Shown in pieces: positions 39,456-46,883 of a stretch of DNA of 53,678 bases. Position 1 is the first letter of the stretch. Each line of letters opens with the position of its first letter. This DNA comes from Anaerolineae bacterium (GTDB lineage Bacteria > Chloroflexota > Anaerolineae > B4-G1 > SLSP01). Under the pieces are notes generated by a model. The model searched no databases and was not told the DNA's origin. It saw only the letters and a program-made list of their open reading frames with translations. Made by a program: the position numbers and the translations under genes. The stretch is from the NCBI GenBank assembly GCA_034434315.1, contig DAOTZR010000057.1, forward strand, positions 1 through 53,678, in the 5' to 3' direction.

Positions 39456-42400
39456 ATGCTAGCGAACCAGCGTGAACATCAAGAGCGTTCCGACTTGCCT
39501 TCTGAGCGGGTCTGGTCTGCGCTGCGTGCTCTCCTGGAGTGTTCTACGTCCCTCGATTTCGCTCAAGTCATGACCCACCATGTGGGGACCTGGCCGGGTG
39601 TGGCTAAGGCCACACTGATCTTGTTGGATGGTGAGACAGGTCGGCCTCTCCATGCCGTTTATCACATGGCGCCCGCCACGATGCCGGCCTCGGAATCCAC
39701 CACGCTGGCCCTGGACTATCAACAGAAAACCTGCGCCTGGCTGGCCCTGGCCCCTATAGCGGGGGAAGCTTTGCCCGCGGTTACGCTGGCCGATACTCAG
39801 CTCCTGGTTCAGGCGGCTGTCCCGGTGCTGGTCCGGCTCCAGGCTCTGGAGGCCGAACGGGCGCAGCGCTCCCTGGCGGATGTGTTGTGCCGTTTGAGCG
39901 CGGAGATGGGCCAGGCAGCGGAAGAACCCACGTTGCTGTTTCAGGTGTTGAGTTATCTGGCGCGCGTTGTGCCTTATGAGTATGCTACGGTGCTCATGCG
40001 CGATGGGGAAGCCTGGCGTTATTTCACCCCCATCCATCCGGACATGCGTCCGGTAGAGGACGATTTTAGCCTGGCGCATCTGGATTTGTTGGAACAATTC
40101 CGGCAGGAGCGCAGGCTGTTGCTACTGGAAGAGGCTCTTTCCTGGCGCCCAGGGCATGCAGGGGAGCGCGTGGCGAGCTGGATGGGTATCCCCTTGCTGG
40201 TCCGCGGGGACCTGTGGGGGCTGATCGCGCTTGAAAGTCAGTTGTCAGGGGCTTTTCAGCCCGGTCATGCGCAAATGGCCACCGTTTTTGCGGAGCAGGT
40301 GGCGCTGGCCCTGGACAATACTCGCTTGTATCGCGAGGAACGCCAACGCCGTGAGGAGCTGGAGACTATCCAGCGCTTGAATTTGCTGGTGGCTTCGGAG
40401 TTGGAGCTGGAACCGCTGCGTCAGGCCATTGTCCAGGCCGTATACGGCCTGGTGCAACCTGAGCGGGTGAGCTTGTACGTCACCGGCGATGAGGGCGGGG
40501 ATGCGCAGGTGCAGGCTGCTCTCCTGGAGGCCCGGCCCTGGAAAACCCCCGAAACGGAAGACGGCGCCGGAATGCGGCTGGTGATGCCCCTTCACCTGGG
40601 GGCGCGGGTGGTGGGAGCGCTGGATTTGTGTTGGAAACCGGGAACTTATCGCCCCTCCTATCAGAGCCGCCTGCAGGCCCTGGCCCCGCAGATTGCCGTG
40701 GCTTTGGATAAAGCGCGGCTGTACCAGACGGCGCTGGAGGCCGGACAACGGCGCGCTGTGCTCCATGCCGTGGGGCAGGAGATTATCAGCGCTGTACGCG
40801 ATCTGCCCTCGTTGTATGCGGCCATCCATCGTGCCACCTTGCAGTTAATGGCTTGTGATGCGTTCTTCCTGGGCTTGGTGACTGAAGCTGAAGATGCCAT
40901 TGAGGTGGTGTATGCGGTGGACCGGGGCAAGGTGTATACGGGGGTGCGGGCTCCCCGCGGGCAGGGCCTGAGCTGGCATGTGGTCACAACCGGTCAGGCC
41001 CTCCTCATTGGCGAACAGGATGCATCGAATTTGGGCGTTAAGGCTATTCAAGTGGGCGAGGAGCCGGTGCGCTCTTTGTTATTTGTGCCCATGCGTCTGG
41101 AGCAGCGGATCCTGGGTGTGCTTTCGGCTCAGAGTTACCGGCCTGACGCTTATACCAACGATGATATCCTCCTTCTGGAAATGCTGGCGGCTCAGGCTGC
41201 TATCGCCATCGAGAATGCACGGCTGTTGCATCAGACGCAGAGACGCGCGGCTTTTCTGGAGGCTCAGAACGCCATCATTGTTTCGGCGGCGGCGGCCCAG
41301 GACCTGTCGGAGGTGCTGGCGCAGATTCTGGACCTGGTAATGAGCGTGTTACAGGTGTCGCTGGGGGGTATCTGGGTGGGGACACGGTATGAGGTGCGGA
41401 ATCTTCCCCAGTTCGCAGCCTATGTGGATGAGGCTATGCAGTATACGCAACAGTTAGAGCTGACAAGCCCCCTGACTGTTTCTGACTGGTATACGACCGA
41501 GCTGACCGGTCTGCGGGCCTATACCGGGCCTTTCCTGATGCGTCTGGGTTTCCGTTCTTCTCTGACTGTGCCGATTAAGACACAGAACCAGACAATTGGG
41601 GGATTTTTGATCGGGACTTCCGAACCGCGCCATTGGAATACAGAAGAGATTGCTCTGGTGGAGACGGTAGGGCATCAGGTCGGGACGGTGGTCCGCCGGC
41701 TGCAACTTGTGGCGCAAACCCAGGCCCAGGCCCAGGAGTTGGAACGTTACAGCCGTTCTCTGGAAGAGCAGGTGCAGGCACGGACCCGGGAGCTGGAACG
41801 CGCTTACCAGACCTTGAGCGAGCAGCATGCCCGCCTTGACGCGATTTTGCGGCACATCACCGATGCCCTGGTGGTCACGGATAGGGAGGGGCGGATTGTC
41901 CTGGTGAATCCGGCCTTTTGCGCTCTGGTGGGACGGGATGCCGGGAATTTGAAGGGGACGCTTTTAAACGCCGTCCTCCCCTCTCCTGCTCTGGAAGAGG
42001 CTTTGAAGCAGGTGCTACAGGCTGCGGAATCCAGGGTGAGCGCTACTTATGAGTGTGCCGGGGGCGTGTACCGCGGTACGTCCGTTGTGCTCGCGGGGAC
42101 GGACCCGCTTTCCATCGTGACGGTTTTGCATGATATTACGGCTGATGTCGAGATGGCGCGCATGAAGGATGATTTTGTCTCCACGGTTTCTCATGAGTTG
42201 CGCACGCCTATGACCTCCATTTTGGGGTTCAGTCAGTTGATTGGGCGGCAATTTCAGCGCCATATTGTGCCGCATTTGCCCAAGGACAGGCCGGAGGTGC
42301 AGAAAGCCGTGGCGCGGATCACGGAGAACCTGGACATTATCGCTCAGGAGGGGGCGCGGCTTACCCGGCTGGTCAACGACACCCTTGATCTGGCCCGCAT

Positions 42401-42938
42401 GGAATCCGGGCGCCTGGAATGGGCTTCCAAACCTTTCACGCTACAGGAGGTGGTTTCGGCCACTCTGGCCGCTTTGCGCTCGTTGATGTTGGAGAAACAT
42501 CTTGCAGTGCACACGACTGTGCCACCCGATTTACCTGCCCTGGTGGGGGATCCGGATCGCATCATTCAGGTCCTCACGAACCTGGTGGGGAATGCCTTGA
42601 AGTTTACGGATCGCGGGGCGATTACACTGACCGCCGGGCTGGTGCCGCCTGGAAGCGATGTGCCTGCGTGGGGCATACGCCAGCCAGGGGTGGAGATCGG
42701 GCTACCAGCGCCTTGTCCGCTTGTGCTGGTGTGTGTGACCGATAGTGGCCCAGGTATCCCAGAGGCGGATATGGCCCGTCTGTTCCAGCGTTTCCAGCAG
42801 GGTGGGAGTCGGCGCGGCGGGAGTGGCCTGGGCCTGGCGATTTGCCGTGAGATCATTCAACACCATCACGGCGCAATTTGGGTTGAAAGCCGGCTGGGAC
42901 AGGGCAGCCGCTTTTGCTTCACACTTCCCCTGCCTTAA
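39456..42938 (+). CDS. Cytoplasmic multi-GAF (4-5) PAS histidine kinase
   Basis: 1160 aa. The repeated GAF blocks end in ALALDNTRLY, AVALDKARLY and AIAIENARLL. H-box TVSHELRTPMTSILGF, N-box NLVGNALKFT, DSGPGI and GSGLGLAICREII. Confidence 0.88.
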   Translation: MLANQREHQERSDLPSERVWSALRALLECSTSLDFAQVMTHHVGTWPGVAKATLILLDGETGRPLHAVYHMAPATMPASESTTLALDYQQKTCAWLALAPIAGEALPAVTLADTQLLVQAAVPVLVRLQALEAERAQRSLADVLCRLSAEMGQAAEEPTLLFQVLSYLARVVPYEYATVLMRDGEAWRYFTPIHPDMRPVEDDFSLAHLDLLEQFRQERRLLLLEEALSWRPGHAGERVASWMGIPLLVRGDLWGLIALESQLSGAFQPGHAQMATVFAEQVALALDNTRLYREERQRREELETIQRLNLLVASELELEPLRQAIVQAVYGLVQPERVSLYVTGDEGGDAQVQAALLEARPWKTPETEDGAGMRLVMPLHLGARVVGALDLCWKPGTYRPSYQSRLQALAPQIAVALDKARLYQTALEAGQRRAVLHAVGQEIISAVRDLPSLYAAIHRATLQLMACDAFFLGLVTEAEDAIEVVYAVDRGKVYTGVRAPRGQGLSWHVVTTGQALLIGEQDASNLGVKAIQVGEEPVRSLLFVPMRLEQRILGVLSAQSYRPDAYTNDDILLLEMLAAQAAIAIENARLLHQTQRRAAFLEAQNAIIVSAAAAQDLSEVLAQILDLVMSVLQVSLGGIWVGTRYEVRNLPQFAAYVDEAMQYTQQLELTSPLTVSDWYTTELTGLRAYTGPFLMRLGFRSSLTVPIKTQNQTIGGFLIGTSEPRHWNTEEIALVETVGHQVGTVVRRLQLVAQTQAQAQELERYSRSLEEQVQARTRELERAYQTLSEQHARLDAILRHITDALVVTDREGRIVLVNPAFCALVGRDAGNLKGTLLNAVLPSPALEEALKQVLQAAESRVSATYECAGGVYRGTSVVLAGTDPLSIVTVLHDITADVEMARMKDDFVSTVSHELRTPMTSILGFSQLIGRQFQRHIVPHLPKDRPEVQKAVARITENLDIIAQEGARLTRLVNDTLDLARMESGRLEWASKPFTLQEVVSATLAALRSLMLEKHLAVHTTVPPDLPALVGDPDRIIQVLTNLVGNALKFTDRGAITLTAGLVPPGSDVPAWGIRQPGVEIGLPAPCPLVLVCVTDSGPGIPEADMARLFQRFQQGGSRRGGSGLGLAICREIIQHHHGAIWVESRLGQGSRFCFTLPLP

Positions 42939-42960
42939 TCTATGCAGAAAGGAACAGTGT

Positions 42961-43413
42961 ATGGGACGGATTTACGATGGGTTCATTCAGTTTTTCAAGC
43001 AGGATGACTGGCCCTACCAGGAGATAGAAGGTCGTCCCCTTATCCGCACCGGCTTTGCCGGAAAAAACGGGGAATGGGCCTGTTTTGCTCAGGCGCGTGA
43101 GGATATGGAGCAATTTGTGTTCTACTCGATTGCCCCGGTGAAGGCCCCGGCTGAGAAACAAGCTGCTGTGGTGGAGTTTCTCACCCGGGCCAATTACGGC
43201 ATGATCATCGGCAACTTCGAGTTTGATTATTCGGATGGCGAGGTGCGGTATAAAACGGCCCTGGATGTCGAGGGCGGCGACGCCACCTTCCCGATGTTGC
43301 GCAATCTGATCTACATCAATGTACGCACTATGGACCGCTACCTGCCAGGTCTGATGAAGGTGATCTACACGGATATTGCGCCGGCTGACGCTATTCGCGA
43401 AATAGAGGGCTGA
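42961..43413 (+). CDS. YbjN-like putative sensory-transduction regulator
   Basis: The 150-aa acidic protein begins at ATG 42961 (MGRIYDGFIQFF...). The pattern F....W.Y......l...f.G..g.w...... ...Y.....v......LTRANYGMIIGNFEFDYSDGEVRYKTAL fits the YbjN/T3SS-chaperone-like fold. The longer 222-aa ORF is read-through from the kinase in another frame. Confidence 0.55.
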   Translation: MGRIYDGFIQFFKQDDWPYQEIEGRPLIRTGFAGKNGEWACFAQAREDMEQFVFYSIAPVKAPAEKQAAVVEFLTRANYGMIIGNFEFDYSDGEVRYKTALDVEGGDATFPMLRNLIYINVRTMDRYLPGLMKVIYTDIAPADAIREIEG

Positions 43414-43450
43414 AACAACTCCAGAAGCTCCTGAGGCAGGGGGATCAAGT

Positions 43451-43482
43451 AAACCTGGCGCCCAGCACCGGACGCCAGGTTT
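43451..43482 (+). terminator. Hairpin after the ybjN-like gene (possible weak terminator)
   Basis: AAACCTGGCG-(12 nt)-CGCCAGGTTT, a 10-bp stem with no real U-tract. It is followed by TTGCGC-N15-TATAAT (43481..43507), a possible promoter for the next gene. Confidence 0.35.
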
Positions 43483-43631
43483 GCGCCTGTGTCAACCCGG
43501 GTATAATTGTGAGGGCAGGCTTTAACCATGATGTGTGGCCGCCTGTCGCTTTTAAAGCGGCGGACAGCCTGGGCCTGGTATGGTTTTAGGGGTAGTGTTG
43601 TGTTTATTTTAAGGCATTATTTTGAGGTTGT

Positions 43632-45158
43632 ATGGCTGATTCTACAGTACCTGTACATATCCTGGTGGTGGATGACAATCCCAACATTCGTGACTTCATC
43701 AAGGATTCCCTGCTGGAGCCACAGGGCTATCGTGTCAGCGTAGCGGTAGATGGGCAGGAGGGTGTCGAAAAAGCCCTGGAACTCAGGCCCGACCTGATTC
43801 TGCTGGATTACGAAATGCCGCGCCTGAATGGGATTGAGGTGTTGCGAGCCCTGCAAAAGCATCAGGTGATGATCCCCGTCATCCTTATCACATCCTATGG
43901 TTCGGAGTCCGTGGCCGTGGAGGTTTTCCGCCTGGGCGTGCGGGACTATGTGCCCAAACCCTTTACCGCGGAAGAGCTGTTTGCGGCCATAGACCGGGTT
44001 CTGCATCAGGTTCATCTGGAACGTGAACGCGATCAGCTTATGGAGCAGTTGCAGGTGACCAATCGGGACCTGGCCCAGAGGTTGAAAGAGCTGGACACGC
44101 TGTACCATGTGAGCAAATCCGTGACGACGCTGTACGAGCGCGAAAAACTGATGGAACGCATTGTGGACGCCGCGCTCTACATCACGGGCGCTCTGGAGGG
44201 GCTGCTGGTGCTGCTCGATCCCCAGACGGGTGAACCGCGCGTCGCCACGCATCGCATCTATGCCAACAATGAGTATCGCTCTCTGGAAAGTCGGGCCTTG
44301 ATGTTGCACGACACAGATTTGATGGTCAGCGTTCCCCTGCAATCGCGGGGTCAGGTTATCGGCGCCCTGACCATGAGCAATAAAATGAGCCGTCAGCCGT
44401 TCAGTTCACACGATCGGCTTCTGTTAAAGATGCTAGGGGACTATGCTGCAATCGCCATTGAAAATGTGCGTCTGTTAAACGAACTGGAAGAGCGCCGCGA
44501 ACGTGAGAAGCGCGAGTTGCGCACCCTGTTTGAACATTACGTGGCCCCGCAGGTCGTGGAGCGCATCCTGAAACACCCCCAGAGCGTGCAGCCTGGAGGC
44601 CAGCGCCATACCATCAGCATTCTCTTCGCCGATATTCGAGGGTTTACCGCTTTCAGTGCCCAAACTGCTCCAGAGGTTTTGATGGGGGTCTTGAATCAGC
44701 ACCTGGGGTGTGCCGCCGGTGTGATCCTGGAGGAAGAGGGTACCCTGGATAAATTCCTTGGGGACGGCGTGATGGCCTTTTTTAACGCGCCTTTGCCCCA
44801 ACAGGACTATGCTTTGCACGCCGTTCGGGCCGCCTGGAAGATTATCGAGCGCGTTCAGGCCATGCACGCGGAACTCCCGGTCCAGTACCGCCTGCCTCTG
44901 GGCATCGGTATCAGTACCGGTGAGGCCGTTGTAGGCAACCTGGGCACGTCGCATCTGGTCAACTACACGGCGATTGGCTCCACGGTGAACAAGGCCCATG
45001 CTTTGCAGGAGCTTGCTGGCCCCTGGAAGGTGCTTATCTGCCAGCGCACCTATGATTTGGTGCGCGACAAGGTGCGGGCCAGGACCCTCCCCGCCGTATG
45101 GATTAAGGGCCAGGCTCAGCCTGAGCCGGCCTACGAAATCGAAGCGCTGATGGAGTGA
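43632..45158 (+). CDS. Response-regulator receiver + GAF + class III cyclase-homology domain (variant catalytic motif)
   Basis: REC motifs [19 protein letters not shown] and VPKPF. GAF block (…[19 protein letters not shown]…[11 protein letters not shown]). The cyclase core has [18 protein letters not shown] and [10 protein letters not shown], but reads VNKAHA where VN.A.R is expected. Confidence 0.85.
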   Translation: MADSTVPVHILVVDDNPNIRDFIKDSLLEPQGYRVSVAVDGQEGVEKALELRPDLILLDYEMPRLNGIEVLRALQKHQVMIPVILITSYGSESVAVEVFRLGVRDYVPKPFTAEELFAAIDRVLHQVHLERERDQLMEQLQVTNRDLAQRLKELDTLYHVSKSVTTLYEREKLMERIVDAALYITGALEGLLVLLDPQTGEPRVATHRIYANNEYRSLESRALMLHDTDLMVSVPLQSRGQVIGALTMSNKMSRQPFSSHDRLLLKMLGDYAAIAIENVRLLNELEERREREKRELRTLFEHYVAPQVVERILKHPQSVQPGGQRHTISILFADIRGFTAFSAQTAPEVLMGVLNQHLGCAAGVILEEEGTLDKFLGDGVMAFFNAPLPQQDYALHAVRAAWKIIERVQAMHAELPVQYRLPLGIGISTGEAVVGNLGTSHLVNYTAIGSTVNKAHALQELAGPWKVLICQRTYDLVRDKVRARTLPAVWIKGQAQPEPAYEIEALME

Positions 45159-45166
45159 GACAGGCC

Positions 45167-45691
45167 ATGCCGGTCTTTTTCGATCTGGAGACGCAAAATA
45201 TTTTTGAGGACGTAGGGGGCCATTTTCCCGAACGGCTCAGGCTTTCGGTAGCGGTCACTTTCGATGACCGCACCGAAAGCTGGCGGCGTTTCACCGAGGC
45301 CAATGTGGCCGACCTGATTGCACAGTTGCAACAGGCCGACCGCGTCGTGGGGTTCAATCTGCTGGGTTTCGATTACCTGGTCTTGAAAGCCTACACGCCG
45401 CTGGACCTGAGCACGCTACCCACCGTGGACATGTTGGCTATCATCGCCCGGCAGTTGGGCTACCGTGTGAGCCTGGATGCTCTGGCGACGGCAACGCTGG
45501 GCGAAACCAAGAGCGCTGACGGCTTACAGGCCGTGCGCTGGTGGCGCGCCGGGCGCATCGAGGAGGTGTTCCGCTACTGCGAACAGGACGTTCTGGTCAC
45601 CCGGCGCCTGTATGAGTTTGGGCGCAGCTATCACTACGTTCAGTTCTACGATAAACGCTACCGGCTTCAGCGCGTTCCGGTAAACTGGTAA
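45167..45691 (+). CDS. DnaQ/PolB-type 3'-5' exonuclease-fold (RNase H-like) protein
   Basis: ExoI-like FFDLETQN, ExoII-like VGFNLLGFDYLVL and ExoIII-like YCEQDVLVTRRLY. Start is at ATG 45167, or at GTG 45155 overlapping the cyclase stop. Confidence 0.65.
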   Translation: MPVFFDLETQNIFEDVGGHFPERLRLSVAVTFDDRTESWRRFTEANVADLIAQLQQADRVVGFNLLGFDYLVLKAYTPLDLSTLPTVDMLAIIARQLGYRVSLDALATATLGETKSADGLQAVRWWRAGRIEEVFRYCEQDVLVTRRLYEFGRSYHYVQFYDKRYRLQRVPVNW

Positions 45692-45702
45692 GGGCCTGAA
45701 AG

Positions 45703-46278
45703 CTACGTGTCCACGTTCCACTGCAACGGGTGAATGCCGCTCAGCACCACCTCGCCCTCCGGGGTGATGATGACCTCTGCTTCGGGCACGCTGCTGAGCG
45801 CTGCCAGTGTGTAGCGCGATGTAAGGAAGTAGACCTCTTTGTTGGCCGATCCGCGCAGGTCGCGTGCCAGGCGCTGCGTGGCCAGGTACCGCCCGCAGAT
45901 CAGGACATCTACATGCGCCAGCAGCGCCTGGACTTCGGGCATGGCCTCCAGTTCCGTTCGGGTGTAGCCGGTAAAAAGGATGACCGACAGCGTCGAGGCC
46001 GCGCGTACCGCTTCCAGCAACCGCCGCAAAGGGCGCACCTGTTGGAGTGGCTCGCCGCCGCTGATGGTGAGACCTTCGAGCTCAGGCAAAGCCAGGATTT
46101 GCCGGGTCAGGTCTGCCACCGACACGGACGTGCCGCCCTGGGGAGCGTGGGTTTGCGGATTGTAACATCCCCGGCAGTTCAGGGTGCAGCCCTGGACCCA
46201 AAGCACAGCGCGCAGGCCCGGCCCGTTGGCCGCACTCCGCGGCCAGAAACTGTGGATTCTCAGCTCGTCTTCAGCCAT
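45703..46278 (-). CDS. NrdG-like radical-SAM activating enzyme (no glycyl-radical partner in the window)
   Basis: NGPGLRAVLWVQGCTLNCRGCYNPQTH (CxxxCxxC cluster in an NrdG-type context), LTISGGEPLQQ, ILFTGYTRTEL, DVLICGRY and LRGSANKEV. It aligns by eye along its whole length with E. coli NrdG. Confidence 0.8.
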   Translation of the reverse strand: MAEDELRIHSFWPRSAANGPGLRAVLWVQGCTLNCRGCYNPQTHAPQGGTSVSVADLTRQILALPELEGLTISGGEPLQQVRPLRRLLEAVRAASTLSVILFTGYTRTELEAMPEVQALLAHVDVLICGRYLATQRLARDLRGSANKEVYFLTSRYTLAALSSVPEAEVIITPEGEVVLSGIHPLQWNVDT

Positions 46279-46466
46279 GTCTGGTTGGGCAGACTTTCAT
46301 CCGTCGCATAAGCTGCAGGCAGCATGTCGCGCGCCAGAATTTCGTTGCCCAGGGCCTCCTCCAATGCGCGGGTCAGGTCCAGGCAGGCCATGCCCTTGAC
46401 GCCGTGCACCTGGATGGTGACTTCGCCATTGGGCGCGATAATGATTTCGATTTCCTGATACTCCAT
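46260..46466 (-). CDS. DUF2997-family small protein
   Basis: The 68-aa MEYQEIEIIIAPNGEVTIQVHGVKGMACLDLTRALEEALGNEI... begins at ATG 46466. A GAGGAGG RBS overlaps the DUF1257 stop (TGAGGAGGAAGCCATG). It is hidden inside the 171-aa ORF 46260..46775. Confidence 0.7.
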   Translation of the reverse strand: MEYQEIEIIIAPNGEVTIQVHGVKGMACLDLTRALEEALGNEILARDMLPAAYATDESLPNQTWLKTS

Positions 46467-46476
46467 GGCTTCCTCC

Positions 46477-46860
46477 TCAGACCATGCGCCGCAAGCGCAG
46501 ATGGATGCAGCCCTTCTCGTCCACTTCCTCCCCGGCCAGGGTGAATCCCTGCGCTTCCAGACGCTGCCGGGCCAGGATGGTGGCGTACCGTTGGGTGAGC
46601 TGGCGGGTAAACTCGTTGGCTTTGAGTCCCCGGACACCCCACCAGTCGGCGACGATTTCGTAGCCATCCGGCGTCGCCTGGAAGCCGATTTCGTAACTTG
46701 AGCGGCTGGGACGAAACTTAAAGTCAACCCGGTGTTTGGCCCCTCCAAAACCACGGATTGCGCCGGGGCTGTCACTTACCGTGTAGCCCATCTGCTCCAA
46801 CGCAGCAATGAGCGCGGCTTTATCTTTGAGACGAATTTTCAAACGGGTGAAATGGGACAT
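46477..46860 (-). CDS. Ycf35/DUF1257-family protein
   Basis: MSHFTRLKIRLKDKAALIAALEQMGY...IRGFGG...YEIGFQATPDGYEIVADWWGV is the DUF1257 signature. GAGGAG RBS. Confidence 0.75.
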   Translation of the reverse strand: MSHFTRLKIRLKDKAALIAALEQMGYTVSDSPGAIRGFGGAKHRVDFKFRPSRSSYEIGFQATPDGYEIVADWWGVRGLKANEFTRQLTQRYATILARQRLEAQGFTLAGEEVDEKGCIHLRLRRMV

Positions 46861-46883
46861 GGCTTCTCCTCAAATGCATGGTT

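Noticed and set aside
43530-43575. Apparent hairpin GCCGCCTGTCGC...GCGGCGGACAGC upstream of the REC-GAF-cyclase
   Set aside because: The complementary blocks are in direct (A-B...A'-B') order rather than inverted order, so they cannot form a simple stem-loop.
43617-44342. 241-aa minus-strand ORF
   Set aside because: It is antisense to the REC-GAF-cyclase gene and is a shadow ORF. The same applies to 39459..40097, 40245..40829 and 37897..38412 inside neighbouring signalling genes.
37597-45691. Cyclase plus exonuclease as a Pycsar/CBASS-like anti-phage module
   Set aside because: Both cyclases carry regulatory REC/GAF/PAS modules and the Lys/Thr purine-type specificity pair. No cNMP-binding effector is adjacent. 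They are embedded in a two-component operon, so a housekeeping signalling role is the simpler reading.
46467-46775. N-terminal 103 codons of the 171-aa ORF 46260..46775
   Set aside because: This part overlaps the DUF1257 gene in another frame and is S/P/R-rich. Only the last 68 codons form a credible protein (DUF2997), which starts at an SD-preceded ATG at 46466.
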